DNA from: Oikopleura dioica
Lineage: Eukaryota > Animalia > Chordata
Assembly: GCA_907165135.1 (NCBI GenBank)
Contig: OU015567.1
Coordinates: 1,426,001 to 1,490,000 of the forward strand
DNA length: 64,000 nucleotides
Reading direction: 5' to 3'
The notes under the pieces were generated by a model. That model was not told the DNA's origin. It did not search any database and saw only the letters and a list, made by a program, of their open reading frames with translations. Below, one piece after another: positions 50,212-63,000 of this stretch. The translations under genes were made by a program, and so were the position numbers. Each line of letters begins with the position of its first letter. The stretch's first letter is position 1.

Positions 50212-52207
50212 TCAGTCGAGCGAAGCTTTCGCAGGCGTTTTTTCATTTGATGATTTTTTGAAAATGAGAAGACGAAGTAGCAGCGCTAGAATTCCAATAA
50301 ACGGAATCATGCTCGGAATCGAGTAATTTTTCGAGAGTTGAGGCGGCTCGCAGGATAAGTCTTTTAATATTTTTACCATTTTTGTCTTTTCTGAGATAAA
50401 TTTTTAGCTTCGAAATGGTAGAAACTTTCCTGAAGTGGTTAAATTTCGCAGATTACGACCTTTCAGATGTTCTGGAGAAGCGCAAATTATATCAATCGCC
50501 CGTTTGTTTGGCAATTTCTTCAAGAACTCATGAAAATCTTTCATTTTGCAGTCGCATTTCCAGGGGTTCTCGGAGAGATCGTAAGACGTCCTAAAAATCC
50601 TTGTTAAATTTTCCCCAAGAGAGCGCTTACCCGATATTCTTCGGATTGACGAGCGATAAACTCGGAGTCTCCATTAAATTCTTCGCCAAATTTAAATAAT
50701 AAAACTTTGCAAGATTTTTAAAAGCTCCTTCTTCTATCTTTTTGATTTGGTTCTCACTCAGAGTGAGCGTTGCAAGTCGCCAAAGGGGATCGAGGATATT
50801 TTCTTCTATGATTTCAATTTTGTTTCCATCGAGAAAAAGGAACATTAGCCCAGGGTTTTGGCGAAAGATATCTTTTCAATGATCGAAATTATAATTTTCA
50901 GACGAGAAAATCGAGTCGAGAAGCCGCGAGCGGTTTCGAGTAGAAAAAATTCTAGCGGCACTTGATGCATCCTACCCTAAAACCAATCCTAATCCTAACC
51001 CTAACCCTAACCTTAACCCTAACCCAAACTTCATGCTTATATGATTGTTTTTTCGACCATTTCCTGGAATAACTTTCAATTCATTTTCCGCTAAATCCAA
51101 GTGATTCAACTGCTGAAGTTCCGAAAATGGCGATCCGTTCAAATTAAAAAGTTTGTTTCCCTTCAAGAGTAAGTGGTTGATCTTCACATTCTTTTCGAAG
51201 TCATTAGGGTCGATTCGAGAAATGGAGTTGTAGGAGAGATCGAGATATTCGAGGCTTGTCAGATTTGCGAGGTTGAGGTGGCTGATTTGGTAGATGTCGT
51301 TTCGTGCGAGATGAAGGCGCGCGAGCTTTTGGGCTTTTGTGAATTGCTTCTTGCTTTTTATTGGTACTGATATGCCGATATTAGATCCTTTTCTTTTCTT
51401 TACATTTTCGAGCTCTGAATCAATTCAATCAACTATGAATTGATTATTAAGAGTTTTTAGTTGTGGTTTCTAACGATGAATTTCTAGAGAAAAATGGTTA
51501 ATTGGCCTTTAATCCTCGTGTGAACCAATGCCTGAGACTGCGAATAGCATTTTTCTCCAAGTTGACTGTATTCAAAAACGGCATCCACGTGAAAACTTTT
51601 TCGGGGACTGAATGAAGAGAGTTTCCATTCAAATAAATTTTCCTCAATTTCGACAAGTTTTCAAAAGCTTTTTCTTCGATTTCAGAAATAATGTTGTACT
51701 CCAAATTGAGCTCTTCTAATTTTTCCAGCCCCTTGAAGGAATCATCTTCAATTTTGAAGATTTTGTTGAAGCCAATTTTTAAGATTTTGAGCTTTTTGAG
51801 GCCCTCAAAAGCGTCTTTTTTGACATTCTCTCCGATCGAGGTAAATTCATTTACTGACAAATCAAGTTCGAGCAATTCTGGCAGGTTTTGAAAAGCCCCA
51901 TTTGAAATTTTTTGAATTTGGCTGCGGCTTACATCGAGTTTTTTCAATTTATCCAGATTTTGGTCGAATTTTTGAAGCTCGCGAAAATCGTTTTCCACGA
52001 AAATGAGGCTTTGTACATCGCTCGGCAGGTGATCAGGAATTCTTAGCAAGGCCTTATCACTACACGATATTTCTCTTTTTCGCTATCGCAAGTGCATATT
52101 TTCGGACAAAAGTTCCAGTTCCCATCTAAGGTCAAAAGTTCTGTCTTTTTCTCTCTGTTTGCTTTGGACGATTCGTCGAAACGGATGAGAAAATTAAAAT
52201 ATTTCAT
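50212..52207 (-). CDS. Leucine-rich-repeat type I membrane protein (no TIR domain), with one apparent frameshift
   Basis: LRRNT CPKICTC..SC, many LxxLxLxxNxL repeats, LRRCT NPWKCDC...ICASP, TM MIPFIGILALLLRLLIF; frame break in the A5 run at 52076-52080. Confidence 0.85.
50971..51025 (-). repeat. Telomere-like (CCCTAA)n tract in LRR gene intron
   Basis: cctaatcctaaccctaaccctaaccttaaccctaaccc. Confidence 0.8.
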
Positions 52208-52881
52208 TGTCCTTTCTTATCAGAACATTTTCGAGCCTTCCTGCTGAGAAGGGATGAATTCAGAGTTTTCTCTTTTCAAGAGGAGCGTCGGGGCCGGAGG
52301 CGGTGACAGACAAATTTACTAATACAGTTCTGGTTCTAGTTCTTTGGTGATTTTGAGTATGAGTTTATTCGTTGTGAAGTATTTATAAATATGAAATTTC
52401 AAATGTTAAATAAGATTTTTAAATAAAGAAAAGCTTTTTATATATACAGTGAACTTTTGGAGTCATTTGGCAAGTTAATATCTCAATGAAGCTGTCGGCC
52501 GCTTTTTTAATTTCATAATTCTTCTCTTTTCACTATCAGATCTTTCTTCTCGCCGTTTTGTCTGAAAAAACATTTATAGGTTTGTGGTCCGTGATATATA
52601 AGGTCCCTCCTCAAGAATCAAGAATTCATCTTGATCAAGGAATCGAATATGATCATTTATATTTCTGTGAAGGTCTAGTACAGTGGGGTTGGACTTTAGA
52701 AGGAATACCACTCGGACTATGATAAGATAATAGTTATATAAAAGTTCTATAACAAGTAGTATGGTTTCTAAGCAGATAACAACTGTCTAGAAAATATTGG
52801 TTGATTTAAAAAAACTGGGCCAGTTGGTCTTTTTTCGGATGATAAATAAACCTTATAAAGCAAATTAGCTGGAAAAAATTC

Positions 52882-54350
52882 TCAATCAAGAAAAGACGTA
52901 TTATGTCTGGTTATATATTTCCATGTTCTATTCTTTTCCGGGCTGATCCGGCTTTCTACTGACCCGTTGAGCGAATCATCCTTCTTTTTGGATTGTGAGA
53001 TTTGCACCGAAGTCCTGGCCCTCGACCTTTCAAGCATCGCCTTGTGGTCGTTTCGTTTGAGGATCATCGCCCCGATCAGAATGCCCCCGATCAACGCGCC
53101 ACCGATGATCAAGCCGATGTACGTCAGAGCTGTAAAAACTACGTAAATCACTGATGCTCCTCATATGATTTTTCAAGACTTACCGCTGACGATTTGCTCT
53201 GTCCTGTAGTTGAGTTTTAAAACATTTTTTCTATTTTTTTGCTTTGAAAAGTTAGTTTGAACTCATTTCCTGAGCTGCGCCGAAACTTGCGAGCAAGTCT
53301 TCATTTCTTTGTACTTGATCGAGCAATTGTCTTTTTGCACTTCAAAGTCGAGCCTGTACTTGCCATCAGCTACAGTATGTTTTAAAAAGGGGTGGTCTCT
53401 GGAAACGACGAAAACTTCGACAAATTTTGCGTGGGCGGCTATTCGGCTGCTGATTGGCCGGTTTGACAAATCCAGGTTTCTGATTTGTTGAAAATTTCCA
53501 CGAAAAATTTGTCAAAATTTGTCGAAATTTCGTCATTTTTGAAAACTTACTTTGAATTTCCCTGTAGGTCGCCTCGAGCGAGCATTGCTTGTTGTTGCCA
53601 CGGCACTTGGAGTCCATCGCGCGTTCAAATTCGTCCGAAACAAGCGCCAAGTCATTTGTTATTTCTGTCATGTTGTCGTTTGCGATGCCTTGACATTCCT
53701 CATCGGTGACGTCGAAGTTGATTTCGTAGTCCTTCTCCACTATCTCGTTATCGCCATCTTTGTCTTGACACATGTCTGATATCGACTGAAATAATTGATG
53801 AAATTTTCGTTGAAACTAATGTTGATAAAAAATTAATTTATCAATTTTTTGGGGTGGCGTCTGGAACCGACGAAAAAATTTTGACCATTTTTGCGTGGGC
53901 GGCTACTCGGCTGCTGATTGGCCGGTAGAATCCAGGCTTCTGATTGGTTGAAAAAATCCACGCAAAATTTGTCGAAATTTTTTTGTCGGTTCCAGACACC
54001 TCCCCATTTTTTTTTTGTTTTTCCAAAAGTTGTTTTTTTTTCCTCAAGTCTGCCAGAAAACAGATCGCTGCAATTGCCAGAGCAATAATAATTCATTTCG
54101 GCAAACAAACACTTACGGTGAAGAGCGTGGGTCCTCCGCGGAAGTTGCAGCAGTGTTTGTTCCTCGAAAGCGTCGAGCACATCACCCAGTATCTGTCTGA
54201 TGGATCTTTAATAAAGGAGAAGGGTTAGATTAGTTTGTGTTAGCATCGATCTCAGAAAGTACAGTGGACTTCCAGCTGACTTTCTAAGCCAAGTTTTTGG
54301 CACTTCTGATGATAAGAGCGCTGATCAATCAATTGGATGGTACGATGTTG
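52882..54350 (-). CDS. Unknown Cys-containing single-pass membrane protein
   Basis: Exons RYWVMCSTLSRNKHCCNF, MCQDKDGDNE...C...C, TM YIGLIIGGALIGGILIGAMIL; start not found. Confidence 0.6.
53389..53535. mobile_element. MITE family C, partial copy
   Basis: Colinear with 53851-54005. Confidence 0.75.
53851..54005. mobile_element. MITE family C, complete copy
   Basis: TIR GGGGTGGCGTCTGGAACCGACGAAAAAATTT / AAATTTTTTTGTCGGTTCCAGACACCTCCCC. Confidence 0.8.
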
Positions 54351-56502
54351 TCTGAACACGAAACTCCGCAAATAATTTAAAAGGGACAAATAGACTTGAT
54401 GCATTTTTGAAAAGAGACTACTTTGTTTCTTGGTTTAACGAGTCAGAGTCTGACTGTCAGACCTTGAATTTTTGTAGAAGAAATTAATGTTCAATAAGGT
54501 CAAATTGAAATTTGTCATTTTAAATCAACCCGAAAAAACGGAACTACAGTCATTTAACTCTCATTCTGCGGCTTCAGCAAGTGGAAACGACATCCTTCCT
54601 TAGAATCAGCAATTATTAATTGACCCATTAATTTTATTTATCGAGTTCGTTGAACAACTTGAATATTGTTCAACTCAAGCCAAATATGCGTTAATAAATC
54701 AGTCATTTTGCCACAAAAACTCGTTCTCTTCGGTCAAAGGTCTTTTTTGGCACAAGTTTTTTGAAGGTTAAATTTTCACTGCTTCGGAAATTAGTTTGAA
54801 GAATGCGAGTTCTTTTAATACAAACCTTTGGAGTTTCTGATGAGATAGCTTCGGCATTTTGAGCAAATCGCTGGTTTACAAATCATTTCCCAATTATTTG
54901 CCCTAAAAATTTAAAAATAAATTCTTCATTTTTCATCTTCAATAATTTTTTTATTTCAGCCTCTTTATTTTGAATTTTAAAATTTTATATTTATATGTCA
55001 AAATTTTAAAATTTTAATTTGACCCTTTTACTATTATACCTTTAAACCCTATCTACTTATTCTCTAGAGCTGAAAGAGAGGGAGAGAGAACATCATTTTT
55101 CTTACTTTTTATCTCGTTGTGAAAATAAAATAAATAAATCTAATCGCTCACGGTGCTTATATGGAGATGGACCGAGCAGTGGAAATCCGTCTTTGTGGAT
55201 CTGATAGCGTTTTAAGATAAATTAATCCCTTTCTGGAGGAATAACTGATGGTATACGGAATGAAAGAAGAGAGATGAATTAATTCATTTCCCGTATCTCT
55301 GACATTTATATGGGTTTATGCGCGGGCAAAAAGGGATATTTATCTAGGAGCTCAAATAAAAAGCACAAAAATGCGATCTTATACGATTAAATTTCACAGA
55401 AAACAAGCAGATGGAACTAAAATTTGGACAATATTTTTCAGTGATACCGTGGGTTATTTTGATTAAAAGGCACGGACGCGGACGAGAAATTTCAATATTC
55501 TTCCAAAAATTCTGGTCTTCAACGAGAGAACTCCGTCGTGAAATCTGTCACCCACGGTATAGATTTTTCTCGCTGAATCTTTTTGAAAAATTTTACATCT
55601 GAAAATTTCGTCCGCATTCTCCGAGTATATATCTTTGTATGAAAAATCAGATTATACTGACTTGAAATAATTCTATCCGATTTAAATGCTTCTAAATCGA
55701 TTAATTCCGTGACCGTTGAAAATCTTTTTTTTTGACAGACGCGGCAAAAATTATCATTCTATCTCTAGGACTCACTGTTTTGTGCACTGAGTTTTTTGAG
55801 TTTTGAACTGAAAAAGATAACGATTTTTTCGGCTGTCACCTGGGAACCAGGTTCAAGGATCAGAAAATGTCTGACGCCAGGTGACAGAATACCATAATGA
55901 AAATGGCACTCCTGATCCGTCTCCCAGTACTTGACATATGAATTAGAAAAAGTCATATTTTCAAGTTCTCTCATGATCACCCCCCGATTTTTCAAAACTT
56001 TGGCAGTGGTCATTATCGCCTATGATTAGATTCCTCGTGTTCTGAGGATCATTTTGATATATGATAGTACCCCTTTACATAAGTGCATCCCCGTAATTTT
56101 GGCTCCCAAAGTTCGGGAAAATGCATGTAAATTGTACTTAGCGTGAAAATCGCAATTTTTTTCGATTTATCATTGCCATCGAAATAAGACATACAAGGGG
56201 TCTTTCGAAAGCTTAGAATGTGTAGATTACGAATATAATAACCGCACTAGAATTTTCGGCCAATTGTTGGCGCTAGAGAGCATTCTAACACCCAAATAAC
56301 GCCAAAAATGGTTTCAAAAAGTTTTACAACTAGAATTTTTTTATTCACTTATCCCATCATGATGATTCTACCAAAAAATTAAGATAAGCGTATATACTTT
56401 TAGATAAACAAAAAAGATTTTGAATCCTTAAGCCCAAAAAAAAGTAGATACGATTTGAAAATGACCTAAAATGGCCATTTTTCAAAATGTTAATCACTGT
56501 AA

Positions 56503-56728
56503 TGTTCCACTGGTAACTTTCTGCTGAGTCAGGCAAGATGCAGCCGCTAGCTCTTGCAAATATAGACTGGTTTATTGAGAATAGAAAACTGAGAGGGGCA
56601 ATCGTGTACAGCTGACGAGAAGGGTGAGAGTCAGCGGGGAGCAACTAATTTGAGGCTAAGGGGGCTTTGATCAGGCTAAATATAGGCTCTATGATTGACA
56701 GTTTAGGAACTGTAGCTAAAGTAGAACA
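56503..56728 (-). repeat. 3' LTR (~226 bp)
   Basis: Inverted termini TGTTCTAC...GTGGAACA; AATAAA (about 56570) and TATA-like TATATTTA inside; preceded by a PPT; 5' LTR not available to confirm. Confidence 0.75.
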
Positions 56729-56744
56729 CTTCACCCTTCCCCCA
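56729..56744 (-). promoter_or_regulatory. Polypurine tract
   Basis: GGGGGAAGGGTGAAG directly before TGT of the LTR. Confidence 0.75.
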
Positions 56745-57049
56745 CTTAGGGTTGGTACATTTTGATGTATAAATCACACGAGATGAAGGAGAAGCACACG
56801 TTTTGGTAACTAAAATGATAACAATAGTAAAGAAAACAGTAGATATGTTTTTGGAAATAGAAAAATGCACAGGGATAAAAAGTTTCATTTCTTTTTTTTG
56901 CAGGGAGAGCTGGACATCAGGGGCGGTTTTGACGGCGTCGATGATGTACAGTTGTTAGTAGAGAGCTGAAAGAGGGAAGGTCGAGTTGATTTGATGGATA
57001 TCCAGGTTGTTGTCGGCACATGATTGTCGGGTTTTTTTTGGAAAGCGGA

Positions 57050-57650
57050 TCAGGTGCTATTGAAGAGGTTGAAGTTGAATAGGCGCAAGGGTTAGTATGA
57101 CGTTGAAGGCGGAATCAGCGGTGAGGAGTATGTAGGTGTTGCTAACGTCGAGGATGATGCGAAGAGGAAGATACAGGAAACAAACGGGCTTGTAGGTGTC
57201 AGACGGAGTCGGTGTTATTGGTTTGGAGGATGTTGGTTGATAAGTTGTCGGGGTCGGCGGTGTGGCCAGTGGGGTTGTGGTTGGTGATATAGGCGGTGTC
57301 AGTAGAGGTAGTACGGTTGTTGTTGTTGGTGTCGGCAGCGTCGGTGGAAGTGGTGTTGATGTTGGAGACGTCGAGGTCGTTGTCTTTGTTGGTGATATCG
57401 GCGGTTTCGGTGGAGATGGTATGGTTGTTGTAGTTTGTTCGAAGCCGAGGTCGGTATTGATGATGTCGGCGGTGTCGGTGGAGATGGTATGGTTGTTGTA
57501 GTTGGTGTCGAAGTCGAGGTCGGTATTGATGATGTCGGCGGTGTCGATGAAGGTGGTGCTGATGTCGGAGATGTCGATGTCGTTGTCTTTGTAGGTGATG
57601 TCAGTGGTGTCGGTGGAAGTGGTGATGGTGGTTGTGCGGCTGCTCACTGG
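57050..57650. repeat. 3-periodic A/C-rich repeat region in the retrotransposon 3' region
   Basis: 68-nt and 203-nt internal duplications; ORFs on both strands (Thr/Asp-rich minus, Gly/Val/Asp-rich plus). Confidence 0.75.
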
Positions 57651-58327
57651 CTACCTTGGGTCTAGAGGTGTTAAGGGTGTACCGGGTAGTTAGATCATAA
57701 ACCTTGGAAGAATTCTAGCTTCTAACTCTACTGATGGAATTCCTGCGGTTACCTCGCTACTAGGCCTCAGATTCTCATCTGAACCAGGGTGAACTGGTCG
57801 GTCTATCGTTTTGATCGGGAATGATCGATAGACAATCAGACATTCGTAGAAAGTATTCCAAAAGTTTTAAGATGTTTTGTAGTTAGTCCCTTATCCTTCC
57901 CCCGGTTACCCTATTGAGAGGTGGTCTTGATCGGTCATTTGAGGTTTTTAGGTCAAAAGCAAGAGATACCCTTAAGATCGTGAACTCTTTGACATTTGAT
58001 TATTGGAAATATTTGAATGTTGAGATTATTTACGGGAATGCTCGTAGATCGCCCTGAGTATAATTGAACTTGGGAAGCTAGTGATTATTTATCCTTGGTG
58101 CATTATGAATAGAACATTTATACCCGGCCAGTTCACAATGGCGTGTTCTATGGGTCGAATCGATAGTGAAAAATTGATTCAGAAAAGCCTCGGCGCTATG
58201 CACCTTACTCCCTCCCGCTGAAACATAAGCACACTAGAATAAGAAAAATAATCACCCTGCGAGAGGTCCATGACGGAGCTATTTCACTGCGGCTTGTTGT
58301 GAACTGAACTTTGAGCGGGGCGGCTAG

Positions 58328-59997
58328 CTACACTACAGGTTGATTCAGTCGAGTTATTTCCTTATTGAAAAATCTCATTCGGTTTCCAAAAGTCAAGAAC
58401 ACTAGAGCAATGAGTGTAAGTAAAGAGGCGCTAGAAACGATGAGGAAGAGAAGATTATTTTCCACATCCTCTTGGATGTCCTCTATGAAGGATGGTTCAA
58501 ACACATCACTGCGGGTGACATTGAAGTTTCGATCATCAAATTCGAACTCAATCTCAGCCGCTGCTCTAGCGAGTGTCATATTTGAAGAGTAAATGCGATC
58601 AGTCTTAGTGATGGGTATCAAGAGGCCCTGGCAGTGGACTTCTTGGTCAAGCTCTGACGCTTCGAAGTAACGTAGACCCTGAAACAGATCACGTTTTCTT
58701 GCAAGGTCAGGTGACACTGAACGCACACGATGTTCCGCGGGCACAATACTGTACACTACGGCGCCACTTCTCGTGTATGCGTAGGTGCATGGGGCTTCGC
58801 TTGGCCAAGATCTAGTGGGGCAGGTAGCTACGTCGCTCAAGCATGAATTAGAGCTGAGAGCGGAATTTTTGCATACCATCAGTGTGTCCCGTGAGCTGTA
58901 GCATTCGAAACGGTTCAGCTGGAACAACCGACCCGATATCTCTGTCGCATACGGGGAAATCTGCGCCGCCGTTGTGACAAACTTGTCCTCAATTTTTCCA
59001 CGATGCCAAAACTGGTTACTCTGTGAAGCTGACTCGGTTCAGCCATAATGACCGGAAACCTCATTTCAACATAGATTTTGATCGAGTTCTCATCGAGATA
59101 CGAGCCGATTAGTCTTGGCCGCAATTCTCTTGGAAGGTCGAAGAGCAGGTCTTTGCAAAATGTCATGCATGACTGTTCTCGCATACTAGGACACGAAGCC
59201 GCCAGGCATCCGCTCCTCCAGAGCATAATGTAGTCAATGGTAGGAGGGATGTTACCTGTCGCGAGTTCGCTAACCTCACTGTCAATTTGCTCCAGATAGT
59301 TCTGAGTAGCCTGTGCTGCGATAGCACTTGTGCTGAGTTCGAACTTCTGGTTGGATTCAAGGCAGACCTGTTGTTCAAGAAGGTCGATCTTAGCGTAAGT
59401 CTCATTGATGCAAACGCTTACTGATGCCATTGAATCTTTTAACGCATTCTCAAGCGTATTCACGCGTTCCTTCGTATGGAGCGTAACTTTTTTCAAATTT
59501 TGAATTTGTATGTTATTAACGACCTTCATTGAAAAATTGAGAACGCTTGACAGAAGAGAAGCGCCCGCGACTAAATCACGTCCTTTTCGAACCACGTGAC
59601 CAGATCTGAGAGCTGACTTGCGTCGTCGCTCGCGCACGTCCCTTTTGAGCAGATTAGCCTCAGCATTGATTGCCAAAATGCGCCTCTTGAAATCGGAGTC
59701 GATCGATTCTCGTAGCGCGGCTAATCGATCTGATGCGCGGCTATCTGAGCACTCCCGTCTAGCGCTTCTATCATTGGAGAAGTATTTCTCGCAATTCTCC
59801 TTAGAGCACTTAGGCAGTACAATATTCAGATAGGGTTGCGTTGGTTTGGGCCGCTCAATTTCAACGATATGAACCGCCCTTTGTCGTGACAGATACAAAT
59901 CCCCAGATGCCTCAAGGACCACACCCCCTGGTAAGACCATGTCCCCGTAGCCGAGTGAAAGCAGTTGAAGTGAGAAGAGCAAGGATCCGTTCGTCAT
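58328..59997 (-). CDS. env: Env: class I fusion-like glycoprotein, one apparent frameshift
   Basis: Signal peptide, basic cleavage site (RRRK...RKGR), hydrophobic fusion-peptide-like LVAGASLLSSVLNF, heptad repeat, Cys-rich region, TM FLIVSSASLLTLIALVFLTFG; frames join at the A5 run 58993-58997. Confidence 0.85.
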
Positions 59998-60054
59998 CTG
60001 AAAAAAGATTAGTTAGTGGTTGTGCTCAGACAAAATTTGATATTTTTGGTCAAA

Positions 60055-63000
60055 TTATTCTTTCGGGTCTTCCGGTGCTAATCTAAGATGACGGATATTA
60101 CGGACAAGCCTGTTTCCCGTTCCCAATTCTTCAAGTTCGTAGCTTCCGAATCGAAGGTATCGGACTACTCTGGCTAGGCCGGCATATTGAACGTATGCCT
60201 TGCGGGACGTATTTGGTTTCTGAGGGGACCAGAAGGCCACCTTCCGACCCACCGGTATCGAACCTTCCTGGGGGGCTTCTGGGAGATCTTTTCCCGGTAA
60301 TCGAGCTAAGAACTTGCTCTGAAGTTCTCCCGCAATTCTGTGAAGCCAGCCCGAGCAATATGCGGCCCAATCCTCTGGGTCACCCGTTCCCTTCGGATCA
60401 TCTGGGAGGCAGAATGTTGGGTAGGGCATAGGTCGCCCACTGATACATTCAGAAGGGGTAAGATTCCCAAGTGTACTACAGGGCGTGTTATTGAGGTGAT
60501 ATACCACAAATGCAATTTCTTTGCTCCATGTGGCAGGGTCAAGGCTCAGAATTTTGCTCTTGATCCCAATGGAACGAAATTTCCGCTCTGTGAGATTCCC
60601 TTGCGGCGAATAGGGGCTTATTCGGCTTATCTTGATATTGAATTTCTCAAGAAGCTCTGTCACGTGTTGATTGGCGAATTCAAGCCCATTATCGAAAGTA
60701 AATCGACCACCCATGGCATTGTTAGAAAGGATTAATTCCAAAATACCTTGAGCAACCTCCGAGGCCGATTTTGTTCTGAGGGGCTTGCAGACCACGAATC
60801 GAGTCATCTGGTCAACTCCCGCCAGAAGGTACCGACAACCATCCTGGTCTACGCTTCCGAAATCACAGAGGTCTAGATAGACCCGCTCCCAAGGTTGGGA
60901 CGCGATTTCAGGCTTTGGAATATCGATGTTCCGGAGTGCTGGACGTGGTTTTATCTGCAGACATTTGAGGCATGAATTGCAGATTTCTCGCGCGACCGCC
61001 TGCGGATTACGCATGATAAACTTCCGGCGCAGTATCTCCGAGAGACAGCCTGTGCCCGGATGGGCTTTGCAGACGTGGAGGAAACTGGCGACTTGGAGTG
61101 CGAGCTCGTAAGGGAGGAAAATAATGTCTTTATTCTCCTTTTCGACATAGATTTCCCGCTCGTCAAGTGTCACTAGATCCTTCTGAAGGAGTTTCTGCAG
61201 AAAAGCGTCGCTTTTCTGAATCCGATTGAGCTGAGCTGCAGTGAAACCGGTATCTCCGATGGTAAGAATCGGCGCGTCACTGTTGTTTTTCCGGATTCTG
61301 CGAGCCCGGCGCGTTTCAATCTGAAGACACGAGTAGATGGAATCGAATCCCGGTTCAAGTCTGATAACATTTGAAACCCCTCTGTCTATGTCATCGGGTT
61401 CCGCGAAGTCATCGAACTCGCTGATGGGGACGGCTCTGCTGAGAGCATCGATTCCGACCATCATTGGGTCCGTTCCCTTCACATGCTCTATCGACGAGAC
61501 ATTAAAACGCGTTAATCGTTGTATTAAATTAACGACGCGTACTGGAAGCGATTTCCGCATTCGTTTCTCCTCAAGGACCTTCTGCAACGAGAAATGGTCG
61601 CTGACCACTGTGACTGGTTGAAGATAAACCTGATCTTCAAAGTACTCGAGAGCACAAACGACCGCTGCCAGCTCGATATATCTGGAAGCTAGCTTCGCTT
61701 CCGCGCTAACGAGTGCCCGTGAGAAGTATCCGAGCGGTTGTAAGTGCCCAGATGGTAACTTTTGATGCAGTGCTCCGGCAATGGCTTTTGTGGATCCATC
61801 GGTCACAAGAACCAAAGGCAGTTCTGGGTCTCGATGTGCGAGCTCTGTTGCCGCCGCCAAGTTGAGCTTGAATTTTTCAAAGCTCTCTTGATGCACTGGA
61901 GTCCATGTAAAAGGCTCTTTCGAAGGAGCGCACAGCTTGTGTAGGGGCTCTAGAATCGCGGATGCGTCCTTTATAAAGTGGCGATAGAAAACTCCTAGAC
62001 CGATAAAGGAACGCGTTTGTTTTCTCGATTTCGGCCGCGGAAAGTCAAGTATTGCCTGAACTTTTGACCGAATCGGCGCGACACCCTTCGATGTGACTGT
62101 AAAGCCCAGATAATCAAAGGAACTAGAACATATGAAGGTCTTTTCAACCTTTAAAGTCACACCACATTCCTTCAGCTTTTTGAGAACCCGCTCAAGTGCT
62201 TTCAGATGATCTTCGAACGATTGCGAGAGAATAAGCAAATCGTCCATTAAGATCATGACTTCAGGGTCGTCCTGGAAAATGCGGGACACAGCCCTGGCAA
62301 AGCAACTTGGACTGTTCCTTAGTCCAAATAGCATGCGCTGTGCTTGATATTGCTTGTCCCCGTAGCTGAATGCGCACTTGTGAGTATCCTCGGAGAACAA
62401 CCTAATCTGGTTAAAGGCTGAGCAAATATCTGAAGAGGACACCCACAGATTTCCTTTTGCCTTCGCAAATGTCTCTGAGACTCGAGTCATCAGCGATTTT
62501 AGGCACGGAATGGGCCAGCGGTCAGGGATAGTCTCCAAGTTAAGGGCCCTCGCATCCAAAATTGGACGCGCAGACCCATCACGCTTTGCGATAAAAAAAA
62601 GCGGCAAATTATACCGGCTCGCGCATTCTTTAATGATCTTGTTGTCGAGCCATCTCTTGATAACTTGGTCTCCTTTTTCCCTGATCGCCTGTCTCGGAGC
62701 TCGCGGCTTCTCGTAGATCTCGGCATTTTCGTCTTTCAAATGAATACGAAAAGCCGTGTTACGCAAAAGCCCTATGTCGTCGGGACAAGTACTGAAAGCG
62801 GTCCTCTCTTTACTGAGTACTCCGAGTACTTGTGATTTCTGAGCAGCCGTTAGTTTTTCGCCAAGTTTGACGTTTTTATACGCATCGCTCTTGGATGGTG
62901 TATAACGGAGCTCCCGAGAAAGCAGGTGCTCTTTAAACTCCGAGTCCTGGTCGTCACTACTGTACAAATGGATGAGCTCATTGCAGCGCAAGTTTCCGCC

